A DNA stretch of 64,000 bases, from assembly GCA_965208105.1 (NCBI GenBank), contig OZ242318.1, positions 2,656,001 through 2,720,000 of the forward strand, in the 5' to 3' direction. Positions 1 through 8,730 of the stretch are shown in pieces. The notes beneath the pieces were generated by a model that was not told the origin of the DNA, searched no databases, and saw only the letters and a list, made by a program, of their open reading frames with translations. Origin of the DNA: Candidatus Latescibacterota bacterium (GTDB lineage Bacteria; Latescibacterota; UBA2968; UBA8231). Position 1 is the stretch's first letter, and each line of letters opens with the position of its first letter. A program made the translations under genes and the position numbers.

Positions 1-12
1 TCGAATCGGACC

Positions 13-2232
13 CTACTCCTTGCCACCCCCTACGGCCATTACCTCGGAGGTCTGTTGCTGGGTCTTCACCAGGTTGTGGAATATCCCCTCGCGCGCCATG
101 AGCTCCTCGTGGGTGCCGACCTCCGCCACCCGGCCTTCGTCCAGAACCACCAGCCGGTCCGCACTGCGGAGCGTGGAAAGACGGTGGGCGATGGCCAAGG
201 TCGTTCGACCCCGCACCAGGCGGCCGATGGCCTCCTGGATCTTCTTTTCCGTCGGCGCGTCCAGAGACGAGGTGGCCTCGTCGAGAATGAGGATCCGGGG
301 GTCGTGCAGAATGGCGCGGGCGATGGCGAGGCGCTGTTTCTCTCCCCCCGCCAGTTTGCTTCCCTTCTCTCCCACCTTCATATCGTAGCCGTCCGCCTTG
401 GCGACGATAAACTCGTGAGCGTTCGCCGCGCGCGCCGCGCGAACCACCTCCTCGAAGGAGGCCCCTGGTTTGCCGTAGCTGATGTTTTCGGCGATGGTGC
501 CGTGAAAGAGAAAGGGTTCCTGCGCCACCAGGCCGATCCTGCCGCGCAGGTCTTCCAGCCGGATCCGGCGGATGTCCACTCCGTCGATTCGCAGGCAGCC
601 CCGGGTCAGATCGTAGAATCGGCATACCAGGGAGATCAGGGTGCTCTTGCCCGCCCCCGATTTGCCCACCAGGCCGATCATCTCTCCAGGCTCGATCTCG
701 AGGTCGACGTCTTTGAGCACCGGTTTGCCCGAATCGTATCCAAAGGTCGCCTGCTCGAAGGTCAGCCGTCCGGAGAGCCGGGGCATGGCTACGGCATGGG
801 GGTCTGCGACGGGTTCGAGCCTGGTGTCCATCACCTCGAAGATGCGCTCTGCGCCGGCATATGCCCGCATCATGAAGCCGTAGAAATCTCCGAACCACTT
901 GAGCGGCTGGTAAAGCATCCAGATGTAGGTGATGAAAGCCATCAACGCGCCCAGTGTCAGCTCCCCGTCGAGGATCTGCCCGCCGCCGATGTACCATACG
1001 AAAAAAACGCCGAAGCTCATGAAGAAGTTCGTCACCATGCTGAAGACCACCCAGTTGCGCTCGGCGCTGACCATTACACGGCGCAACTCGTCGCTGCGCC
1101 GGTCGAAGCGCTCACCTTCCCGGCGCTCCTGGGAGAAGGCCTTGACAATGCGGATGCCGCGGATGGACTCGTTGAGGTGGGAAGAGAGCTGCGACCACTT
1201 GACCGACCAGCGGCGCCAATGGCTTTCCATGCGCTTCCACACCAAGCCTCCCCCCACCGCAATGGGCGCCACCGGCAGCAGCACGTAGAGGGTCAACTCC
1301 CAGTTCATGTAGAATAGAAGCCCCAGGATACCGGCCAGCATCATGGCGTTGGAGACGATGAACGGGATGTCGACGATCAGGTACTCTTCCACCAGGTCGG
1401 AGTCGTTGTTCATTCTCGATATCAGGGAGCCGACCGTGCGCCTGTCATAGAAGCGCAGAGGCAGGTACTGAAGCGACCGGTAGAGATGGGCCCGCATGTT
1501 CTCGGTTGTGCGCAGGCCCACCCATGTGCCCAGCCACTTGCGCGCGACATCGGCCGCCCAGGACAGCAGTCCTATGGACAGCAATCCCGCCACCAGCCAG
1601 ACCAGGAGGTCGAAGTTGGCGCGCGGCGTGAGGACATCGTCGACGATGTGCCGGGTAATGAGCGGAGGGACCAGACCCAGCAAGGTCGAGATGGCAGTGG
1701 CCGCCAGCAGCAGCGCTACTTTGAGCCGATAGGGCCGCATATAACCCAGGAGCCTGCGGAGAGTGTCGAGCTTCCTCACGCACGCCGGACAGATTCCGTC
1801 TCTCTCCGGCAGCACGCGGCCACAGCGCGGGCATCGGCTTCGCTCCATTTCGGTTGCCAGGCCCGGGTCCCCGCCCTTGGAGAGCCGCTTGATGCCCTCG
1901 GCAACCTCGGAAAACTTGGGTGCGAGGGAACTGGAGTAGTAGAGGTGGATCGCCTCGTCATTGCGGGGTTCCACCTCCAGACGTCCGCCGCCCACCAGAG
2001 GCTCGACGCGGACCTCTTCGACCTCCTCGACCGGCAACTGCACGGTCCCGCCGGCGCCGTCGGGGCCGAAGAAGAAGAGGTGCCGGTCGGTCACCGCCAG
2101 CCAACGCTCTCCGAAGCGGTCCTGGCCGTCCATGTCCGTGGCCACCTGGATGATCACCTCCTCCTCCGGCGTTTTGCTGCGGCGCAGCAGGTGGCCTATC
2201 CCGGCAGGCAGGTTTTCCATGAATGGCTGCAT
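13..2232 (-). CDS. ABC exporter (fused TMD+NBD) with N-terminal PH-like domain and CxxC-x10-CxxC zinc ribbon
   Basis: Walker A GKSGAGKS, variant signature LAGGEKQR, Walker B ILILDE, H-loop IAHRLST, hydrophobic TMD, and CPRC...CPAC before the TMD. Confidence 0.92.
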   Translation of the reverse strand: MQPFMENLPAGIGHLLRRSKTPEEEVIIQVATDMDGQDRFGERWLAVTDRHLFFFGPDGAGGTVQLPVEEVEEVRVEPLVGGGRLEVEPRNDEAIHLYYSSSLAPKFSEVAEGIKRLSKGGDPGLATEMERSRCPRCGRVLPERDGICPACVRKLDTLRRLLGYMRPYRLKVALLLAATAISTLLGLVPPLITRHIVDDVLTPRANFDLLVWLVAGLLSIGLLSWAADVARKWLGTWVGLRTTENMRAHLYRSLQYLPLRFYDRRTVGSLISRMNNDSDLVEEYLIVDIPFIVSNAMMLAGILGLLFYMNWELTLYVLLPVAPIAVGGGLVWKRMESHWRRWSVKWSQLSSHLNESIRGIRIVKAFSQERREGERFDRRSDELRRVMVSAERNWVVFSMVTNFFMSFGVFFVWYIGGGQILDGELTLGALMAFITYIWMLYQPLKWFGDFYGFMMRAYAGAERIFEVMDTRLEPVADPHAVAMPRLSGRLTFEQATFGYDSGKPVLKDVDLEIEPGEMIGLVGKSGAGKSTLISLVCRFYDLTRGCLRIDGVDIRRIRLEDLRGRIGLVAQEPFLFHGTIAENISYGKPGASFEEVVRAARAANAHEFIVAKADGYDMKVGEKGSKLAGGEKQRLAIARAILHDPRILILDEATSSLDAPTEKKIQEAIGRLVRGRTTLAIAHRLSTLRSADRLVVLDEGRVAEVGTHEELMAREGIFHNLVKTQQQTSEVMAVGGGKE

Positions 2233-2250
2233 CGTTCTTCCCCGCCTCTA

Positions 2251-2412
2251 GTGTCCCGTCGCAGAGACAGGTTGACGAAATTGGGCCGCCGAGGCGCCAG
2301 GCTCACAAGGCGCCAGAGCGAGTCGTACCAGTGGTGTTCGGCGCGTGAAGGCAACGCCGTGAGCCGGGATGGATCGGCGGAATGATGGCGACATATTTCT
2401 GCGACGGGACAC
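2251..2412. mobile_element. 162-bp MITE, copy 1 (IS630-like, TA target duplication)
   Basis: TIR gtgtcccgtcgcaga...tctgcgacgggacac flanked by TA (2249-2250) and TA (2413-2414). Near-identical to the copies at 47346 and 49194. Confidence 0.9.
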
Positions 2413-4655
2413 TAATCCCTTACCGCAATGATTTCGGAGGTCTGCCGCTGCAACCGGACCAGGTCGTGGAAAGCGCCCCGTCGCCGCATCAGTTCGGCAT
2501 GGGTGCCCACCTCCACGATGCGCCCTTCGTCCAGGACCACTAGCCGGTCGGCGTGGCGCAGCGTCGACAGCCTGTGGGCAATGGCAAAGGTGGTGCGGCC
2601 CTCGATCAGGCGGGCGATGGCCTCCTGGATCTTCTTCTCGGTCTCCACGTCCACCGACGAGGTGGCCTCGTCGAGGATGAGGATGCGGGGGTCGTGAAGG
2701 ATGGCCCGGGCGATGGAGATGCGCTGCTTCTCGCCCCCGGAAAGGTTGTTCCCGCGTTCCCCGACCTGGGTGTCGTACCCGTCGGGTTTGGCTACGATGA
2801 AGTCGTGGGCGTGGGAGGCGCGCGCCGCCGCCACGATCTCCTCAAACCGGGAGCCGGGCCGGCCATAGCCGATATTTTCGGCGACCGTGCCGCTGAAGAG
2901 CACCGGCTCCTGCAGCACGATGCCGATCTGCCGGCGCAGGTCCTCAAGGCGAATCCGGCGCAGGTCCACGGCGTCGATCTCGATGGCCCCGCGGTCCACG
3001 TCGTAGAACCGGCAGATCAGGTTCACCGTGGTGGTCTTGCCCACCCCGGATTTGCCCACCAGGCCGATCATTTCCCCGCTCTCTACGTCGAGGTCGATGC
3101 CCTCCAGGACCGGTTTGCTCCTGTCGTAGCCAAAGGCAACCTGGCGGAACCGCACTCGCCCGTCCATCTGCGGCATGGGCACGGCCTGCGGGTCCGAGTA
3201 GGCCTCGGGCGAGGTGTCGATGACCTCGAAGACCCGCTCGGCGCCCGTGAACGCCCAGGTCATCCAGGAATTGACCATGGCAAACCACTGCAGGGGCCCA
3301 TAGACCATCCACATGTAGGAGTAGAATGCCAGCAGCGTTCCCAGCGTAAGCTCGCCGGCAAGGACTTCCCGGCCACCGAGGAGCCAGACGATCAGGACGC
3401 CCAGGCCGGTCAGAAAGGCCATGGTCGAGAAGAACACCTCCCTGTTGACCTCGGTCTCCACCCCCGCCTGTCTCGCCGCCGCATTCACCCGCGCGAAGGC
3501 GGCCACTTCCCGCTTCTCCTGAGCGAAGGCCTTGACCACCCGTATACCCGAAAGCACCTCGCTGGTGCGCTCGGTGAGGGCGGACCAGGCCCGGTTCCAC
3601 CTGCCGTATTGGTGCCGCATTCGCTTCCAGAACAGTCTGCCCCACAGGATCAGAAGAGGTACGGGCAGCAGGATGTAGATACTCAAGCTCCAGCTCATGC
3701 CGAAGAGAAAGACCAGGATCCCCAAGATCATCAGGCCGTTGATCACGAGGTAGGGCAACCCGTCGACGAGGAACTCCTGCAGTCTTCCCGTATCGCGGGT
3801 CACCCGCGACATGAGGGCGCCTGCCTGGCGCTTGTCGTAGAACTGCAGAGACAACATCTCCAACCGGCGGTATAGCTCGCTGCGGATATCGGCGGTGACC
3901 TGGGCGCCGAGCCAGCTGGCGACCCAGCCATGAACCCACTCGGCCGCCCAGCTGACGCAGCGAATTGCGACAAGGGCGAGGACGAGCAGACCCAGCAGAG
4001 CAAAGCGCTGGTCGACGGTGGCCGTACTCCCCTCTGCCGGAACCAGGACATCGTCCACGATGCGCCTGGTGATCAACGGCGGCAGCAGCTCCGCCCCGGT
4101 GGTTGCAATGGAAGAAAAGGCGAGGACCGCCGCCCGCGCCTTGTAGGGCCGCATGTAGGCGGCGATGCGCTTCAGGGTGGCCAGCCGCGATATACACGCC
4201 GGACAGATTCCGTCCTTTTCGGGGAGCAGCCGATTGCAGCTCTTGCAGCGGGTCGGGTCCAGTTGCGTGCTTATAACCAGCGGTGCTTTTTTTCGCAGCT
4301 GCTCCAGACCCAGCGCCACTTCCGAGAACTTCTCGGCCATTGAGCTGGAATAGGGGACGAAAAGGGTCGGCGCGGAGAACCTCTCGATCTCAAGCTGGCC
4401 CCCGCCAACCAGGGATTCGGTGCGGACGGCCTCGATCTCCGCGATGGGCACTTCCACCGGACCTCCGGAGCCCTTCTCAGGAACAATCAGCACCCGCTCC
4501 GGAGTGACCACCAACCACTGGCGGCCAAAGCGCCTGTCCTTCTCCAGGTCGCTGAAAACCCGGATCAGCACCTCTTCGTCAGCCCCGAGCACTTCCCCCA
4601 CACTGGCTTCGACCCGGGTCTCAACGGCCTCCAGGAGTCTGGTCGGCGAACTCAT
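2412..4655 (-). CDS. ABC exporter paralog (fused TMD+NBD) with N-terminal PH-like domain and zinc ribbon
   Basis: GKSGVGKT, LSGGEKQR, ILILDE, IAHRLST and CKSC...CPAC. Clear paralog of 13..2232. The stop TAG overlaps the MITE end. Confidence 0.92.
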   Translation of the reverse strand: MSSPTRLLEAVETRVEASVGEVLGADEEVLIRVFSDLEKDRRFGRQWLVVTPERVLIVPEKGSGGPVEVPIAEIEAVRTESLVGGGQLEIERFSAPTLFVPYSSSMAEKFSEVALGLEQLRKKAPLVISTQLDPTRCKSCNRLLPEKDGICPACISRLATLKRIAAYMRPYKARAAVLAFSSIATTGAELLPPLITRRIVDDVLVPAEGSTATVDQRFALLGLLVLALVAIRCVSWAAEWVHGWVASWLGAQVTADIRSELYRRLEMLSLQFYDKRQAGALMSRVTRDTGRLQEFLVDGLPYLVINGLMILGILVFLFGMSWSLSIYILLPVPLLILWGRLFWKRMRHQYGRWNRAWSALTERTSEVLSGIRVVKAFAQEKREVAAFARVNAAARQAGVETEVNREVFFSTMAFLTGLGVLIVWLLGGREVLAGELTLGTLLAFYSYMWMVYGPLQWFAMVNSWMTWAFTGAERVFEVIDTSPEAYSDPQAVPMPQMDGRVRFRQVAFGYDRSKPVLEGIDLDVESGEMIGLVGKSGVGKTTTVNLICRFYDVDRGAIEIDAVDLRRIRLEDLRRQIGIVLQEPVLFSGTVAENIGYGRPGSRFEEIVAAARASHAHDFIVAKPDGYDTQVGERGNNLSGGEKQRISIARAILHDPRILILDEATSSVDVETEKKIQEAIARLIEGRTTFAIAHRLSTLRHADRLVVLDEGRIVEVGTHAELMRRRGAFHDLVRLQRQTSEIIAVRD

Positions 4656-4666
4656 TCCCCGCCCGC

Positions 4667-4879
4667 CTAGGAATCCTGATTTACCTCTGGACCATCACCC
4701 AGATCATCCAGCTTCAAACGCCGCGGCCGGTGCCTCCTGGCATGGGGCGTTTCGATGCCGTACTGGCGGCAGAGCCGGCCGAAGGTGCCGGCGGCAATTC
4801 CCAGGGCCTTGCTGGCGTCCTTGTTGCTGGAATAGATGCGGGCGGCGCGCTCGATCCTTTCTCTGGCGATCTTCTCCAT
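4667..4879 (-). CDS. Small (70 aa) helix-turn-helix protein, Fis-like
   Basis: RBS GGAGG before ATG 4879. ASKALGIAAGTFGRLCRQYGI resembles a Fis-type HTH. Lies 11 bp upstream of the ABC gene. Confidence 0.65.
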   Translation of the reverse strand: MEKIARERIERAARIYSSNKDASKALGIAAGTFGRLCRQYGIETPHARRHRPRRLKLDDLGDGPEVNQDS

Positions 4880-4924
4880 TCCAATCCTCCAAACCGGATG
4901 CACATCCGATTCAATCCATCGATG

Positions 4925-4961
4925 AAAAAAAAACTGCAAACCCCCGAACTGGAGTCTGCAG
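4925..4961 (-). terminator. Intrinsic terminator (second of a tandem pair)
   Basis: Minus strand CTGCAGACTCC-loop-GGGGTTTGCAG followed by T9. The G-U wobbles work only on the minus strand. Confidence 0.75.
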
Positions 4962-4964
4962 CTC

Positions 4965-4994
4965 AAAAAAAAACCGCAGGGAAAATCCCTGCGG
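4965..4994 (-). terminator. Intrinsic terminator (first of a tandem pair)
   Basis: Minus strand CCGCAGGGA-TTT-TCCCTGCGG followed by T9. Confidence 0.8.
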
Positions 4995-5285
4995 CGGTGA
5001 ATCCTTGCTTTCGATTCTCTCAACCTCCGGAACTTTCCCAAGCTGCAGGATATATCTCCGACTTTCTCTCCCTGACTACGGCGGCACACGGGGTCGGACT
5101 CGCTGGCATCGCAATGGTCCCGAACCGCTGTCCGCGCCGGCTGGCAGCCACGGGAAAAGCGCGGCTCATACCTTTCATGCCCCTTTTGTGTCCTGCCTCA
5201 AAGGGATGAGGAGACATCCGACTTTCTCCTCCGGGTATGTGAATCCATCCCGATTTACAAATGAGCCTCATGGCTGTCTCGAGTC
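4965..5285 (-). ncRNA. Candidate small RNA or long leader of unknown family
   Basis: No convincing CDS. Repeated GAGAAAGTCGGA (5057-5068, 5217-5228), GGA-rich, possible -10 CATAAT near 5290, and ends in a strong terminator. Confidence 0.35.
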
Positions 5286-5537
5286 AGATTATGATGGTGA
5301 TGTTTGCCATTGTTCACGAAAAGTTGAGAGCAATACTGGAATTTTCAAACAGGGTTGAAGATAGGAGCAGCATTTGCACAATGTCAAGAGCAAATATCTT
5401 TTGCCGGCCGCAGCCGCCGCGGCTGCATTCCGCAAGTCCATCTTTCCATGAACGCCACTTTCCTTATATTCAATGTTTCCGTGGGAGGGCTCATACTCGG
5501 CCGCCAAGCGCCGCATGGTGCAATCTGCAGGAAGAAC

Positions 5538-6344
5538 ATGACCCAGACAATAGCCGGATCGGAGAAGGAGTCCCGGGAAAGGTCCTGGATCGGGCGAAGT
5601 AACCGGGAGATGGACCATTGCCTCCAGGAAGTAGACTTCGAGTCCCTGCCGGCAGAGGAGATCCTGTCCTGGGCGGACGCAAGATTTCCCGGAAGGGCGG
5701 TGATCAGCACGAGTTTTCAGTACACCGGCGTTGCCCTGATTCACATGGCCACCTCGATGGGCCTCGGACTCCGTGTCGCGACGGTCGACACTCTGCGCCT
5801 GCACCCCGAAACATATTCCTTTATTAAACAGATCGAGGACCGTTATCAGTGCGGCGTCGAGGTCTACCAGCCCGAACCCGAGCAGGTGGAATCCATGATC
5901 GAGCGCTTCGGGGAGTATCTCTTCTTCGACTCGATGGAGAAGCAGGAACACTGCTGCAGGGTGCGCAAGACCAGGCCCCACGACAGGCTCGTCAAGACCA
6001 TGGACTGCTGGATCTCGGGGACGCGCCGCGATCAGTCCGACCATCGCCGCGACCACACCCCAAAGGCCACCGTTGTTCCAGAGTACGGGACCCGCCGCAA
6101 GATCTTCAAGCTGAATCCCATGGCCGACTGGTCCGAAGAGCGGCTGCTGCAGTATATCGAAACCCACCGCATCCCCACCCATCCTCTCTACGAGCGGGAC
6201 TACCGGAGTATCGGCTGCATCATCTGCTCCACTCCCACTCTTCCCGGGGAGGACAAACGGGCAGGCCGCTGGCGCTGGTTCAACCTCAAGGACCGCCCTG
6301 TATGGGACCACAAGAAGGAATGCGGCCTGCACTACAACATCTGA
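5538..6344 (+). CDS. cysH: APS/PAPS reductase (4Fe-4S APS-reductase type)
   Basis: STSFQ, DTLRLHPET, CCRVRK, SIGCxxC, RAGRW and ECGLH. Start codon chosen by RBS and uncertain. Confidence 0.9.
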   Translation: MTQTIAGSEKESRERSWIGRSNREMDHCLQEVDFESLPAEEILSWADARFPGRAVISTSFQYTGVALIHMATSMGLGLRVATVDTLRLHPETYSFIKQIEDRYQCGVEVYQPEPEQVESMIERFGEYLFFDSMEKQEHCCRVRKTRPHDRLVKTMDCWISGTRRDQSDHRRDHTPKATVVPEYGTRRKIFKLNPMADWSEERLLQYIETHRIPTHPLYERDYRSIGCIICSTPTLPGEDKRAGRWRWFNLKDRPVWDHKKECGLHYNI

Positions 6345-7747
6345 AACCCCGCCAGCCGCCTGAACTGCCGGCCCCTGTCGGCATAGTCGGCAAACATCCC
6401 GAAGCTGGCGCAGCCCGGTGCCAGCAGCACCACGTCCCCCTCCTGCGCCAGCCGGCGCGCCGCGGCCATGGCCTCGGCCATGCTCTCGCACCCCCTCACG
6501 AGTTCGCCCCCGAACCCCCCGCTCCCGGCAATCGCCTCCTCTATCCGCCTGCCCTCCTCGCCCAGTAATATCACCGCCTTCACCCCGCGGGCGGCTATCG
6601 CCGCTCCCATTCCGGCGAAGTCCGCCCCCTTTGCCGAACCACCTGCAACGAGAATGAGAGGCTCATCGAACGCCCGTATCGCAGCCACCGCCGCTTCCGG
6701 TGTGGTTGCCATGGAGTCGTCGTAGTATTGAATGCCGCCGCGTTCGCCTACCTTCTCCAGGCGGTGGGGCAACCCGGCAAACCGCTGAACCCCGGAAGCG
6801 ACCTGGTCCGCACCCGCGCCCACCACTGCGGCGGCTGCAGCCGCCGCCGCGGCATTGCCGTGATTGTGGCCCCCCCTCATCGGGATGGCCTCGATGGCGC
6901 AGATTTTCTCTCGTTCTTCGCCGGGAAGGCGCAGCCACAGGAAGCCGTCCTCTATCCAGGAACCTGTATCCACCTCCCCGGCCGTACTGTAGGCGAACCG
7001 GCGCGCCCGGCTCCCGGCCGCAAAGGCCCGCGACCGGGCACAGTCCTGGGAGACGATCAGGCTGTCGCTCTCTGACTGGTAGCGGCAGATCGGCTTCTTC
7101 GCTTCCACGTATTCAGCCTGGTCCGCATGGTAGTCCAGGTGGTCCTCTGTAACGCCGAGCACAACCGCGATTTGCGGACTGCGGTCCAGGTCCTGCAGCT
7201 GAAAACTGGACAACTCCAGGACGGTTAGGTCGGCGGAGGTGAGCTCGTCCACGAATTCAATGGGAGGCACCCCGATATTGCCGCCCAGTCTGACGCAGCG
7301 CCGCGGACCGCCCCGCAGAATGCCGGCGCAGAGGGCCGCGGTGGTGCCCTTGCCCTTCGTCCCCGTGATGCCCAGGATGGGGGCGGGAGAGAGCTCGAAG
7401 AAGAGCCGCGTCTGGCTCGAGACCTGAGTTCCCCCGGCCTTGGCTCGCTGCAGTTCAGGGAGCAGGACACTGACGCCCGGGGTGCGAAAAATACAGTCGA
7501 AACCACCGAGGTGCCGGAGGTAGTGCTTCCCCAGATGCCAACCATCTACGCTTTCTCCCCACTCCCTTCTCAGTTCCGGGAATTCACTTTCCCTCCGGGC
7601 GTCGAATATGGAAAACCGCAGACCCTTTGAGAGAAAGAACCTTGCCAGGGCGCGATTTTCCAATCCCATGCCCAGCAGCGCGACCTTGCGGTTTCGCAAA
7701 AATTCCAGGGAGGGGTGCGCATCGGCAGGGAGGTCCGGGCGTCTCAT
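6332..7747 (-). CDS. murD: UDP-N-acetylmuramoyl-L-alanine--D-glutamate ligase
   Basis: GITGTKGKGTT, GGNIG, LELSSFQL, DHLDYH, PHRLE, DDSMAT and LAPGCASF. Confidence 0.93.
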   Translation of the reverse strand: MRRPDLPADAHPSLEFLRNRKVALLGMGLENRALARFFLSKGLRFSIFDARRESEFPELRREWGESVDGWHLGKHYLRHLGGFDCIFRTPGVSVLLPELQRAKAGGTQVSSQTRLFFELSPAPILGITGTKGKGTTAALCAGILRGGPRRCVRLGGNIGVPPIEFVDELTSADLTVLELSSFQLQDLDRSPQIAVVLGVTEDHLDYHADQAEYVEAKKPICRYQSESDSLIVSQDCARSRAFAAGSRARRFAYSTAGEVDTGSWIEDGFLWLRLPGEEREKICAIEAIPMRGGHNHGNAAAAAAAAAVVGAGADQVASGVQRFAGLPHRLEKVGERGGIQYYDDSMATTPEAAVAAIRAFDEPLILVAGGSAKGADFAGMGAAIAARGVKAVILLGEEGRRIEEAIAGSGGFGGELVRGCESMAEAMAAARRLAQEGDVVLLAPGCASFGMFADYADRGRQFRRLAGFQML

Positions 7748-7839
7748 TCCCCCTATCTCCCCATTTCTTGACAGGTCCCTCGCATGCTTCGATATTAAAC
7801 CATTTGGTGGCCGCAGCAAAGAAATAGCGATGAGGGAAA

Positions 7840-8727
7840 ATGGCTGAAGTGAAGGCCGCAGCACCCACGGAAGCCCCGCGTCGTCGCGTCCGGGAAATGG
7901 AGGTCGAAGTCGTCCGCGTCCGCCGCGACACTCCCGACACCAGTACCCTTTTTCTTTCCTCCGACACCTGCGACTATCGGGCGGGACATTTTCTCACCAT
8001 CGATCCGCACCAATTCGTTCCTCTCGAATCCTTCACCTCCTTCCTCGAGGACGTCAAAGGCCAGAGGGAGAAACCCCGGGCCTATTCCCTGGCCTCGGCG
8101 CCGCACGAGCCCCACCTGGCCATCACCATCAAGGCCGAGACCTACATCAGGGGGGAGACTCCCTATCCGCCGCTGCTCTCTCCTTTGTTGACCTACCAGA
8201 TTACAACCGGCACCCGTCTGAAGGTGCGGGGCTTCACCGGCGCCTACACCTGGCCCCCCGACATCACCGCGCGCACGGAGCGCGTTGCCCATGTCTGCGC
8301 CGGAAGCGGTATCGTGCCCAACTTCGCACTGATCAAGGACAGCCTGCACCACGGCGACGGTCTGCATCACACCCTGCTCTACAGCAGCAAGACCCGGCAG
8401 GACATCATATACTTCGACGAATTGGAAAAATTGCAGCGAGATCACCCAGCTCATCTCCGGGTGATCCATTGCATAACCCGGGAGGATCCCGCCGGCCTTC
8501 ACAACGGACGCCCCGGCCGGATCACCAGGGACCTTCTGGCCGAGGTCATAGCCGACCCGCGCAATGCGTTCGCCTTTCTATGCGGGCCGGGAATCAGCCC
8601 GTACGAGCGCAAGGCAGCCAGGGGAAGAGGGGAGGAGCCGGCACCTCGCTTCGTCGAGCACATGGCCGCCCTGGTCGAGGGAATCGGCCTGGGGAAACAG
8701 CAGGTCAAGCGGGAAAGCTGGGGTTAG
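7840..8727 (+). CDS. FAD/NAD(P)-binding ferredoxin-reductase-family oxidoreductase (no 2Fe-2S domain)
   Basis: RAYSLAS FAD motif, AGSGIVP NAD motif, FLCGP, and C-terminal ESW. Confidence 0.8.
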   Translation: MAEVKAAAPTEAPRRRVREMEVEVVRVRRDTPDTSTLFLSSDTCDYRAGHFLTIDPHQFVPLESFTSFLEDVKGQREKPRAYSLASAPHEPHLAITIKAETYIRGETPYPPLLSPLLTYQITTGTRLKVRGFTGAYTWPPDITARTERVAHVCAGSGIVPNFALIKDSLHHGDGLHHTLLYSSKTRQDIIYFDELEKLQRDHPAHLRVIHCITREDPAGLHNGRPGRITRDLLAEVIADPRNAFAFLCGPGISPYERKAARGRGEEPAPRFVEHMAALVEGIGLGKQQVKRESWG

Positions 8728-8730
8728 CCG

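Noticed and set aside
5020-5271. 83-aa ORF, and RNase P or glycine-riboswitch identity for the GAGAAAGTCGGA repeats
   Set aside because: The ORF has no recognisable features. The repeats only loosely resemble GAGGAAAGUCC and the other conserved elements of those RNAs are missing.
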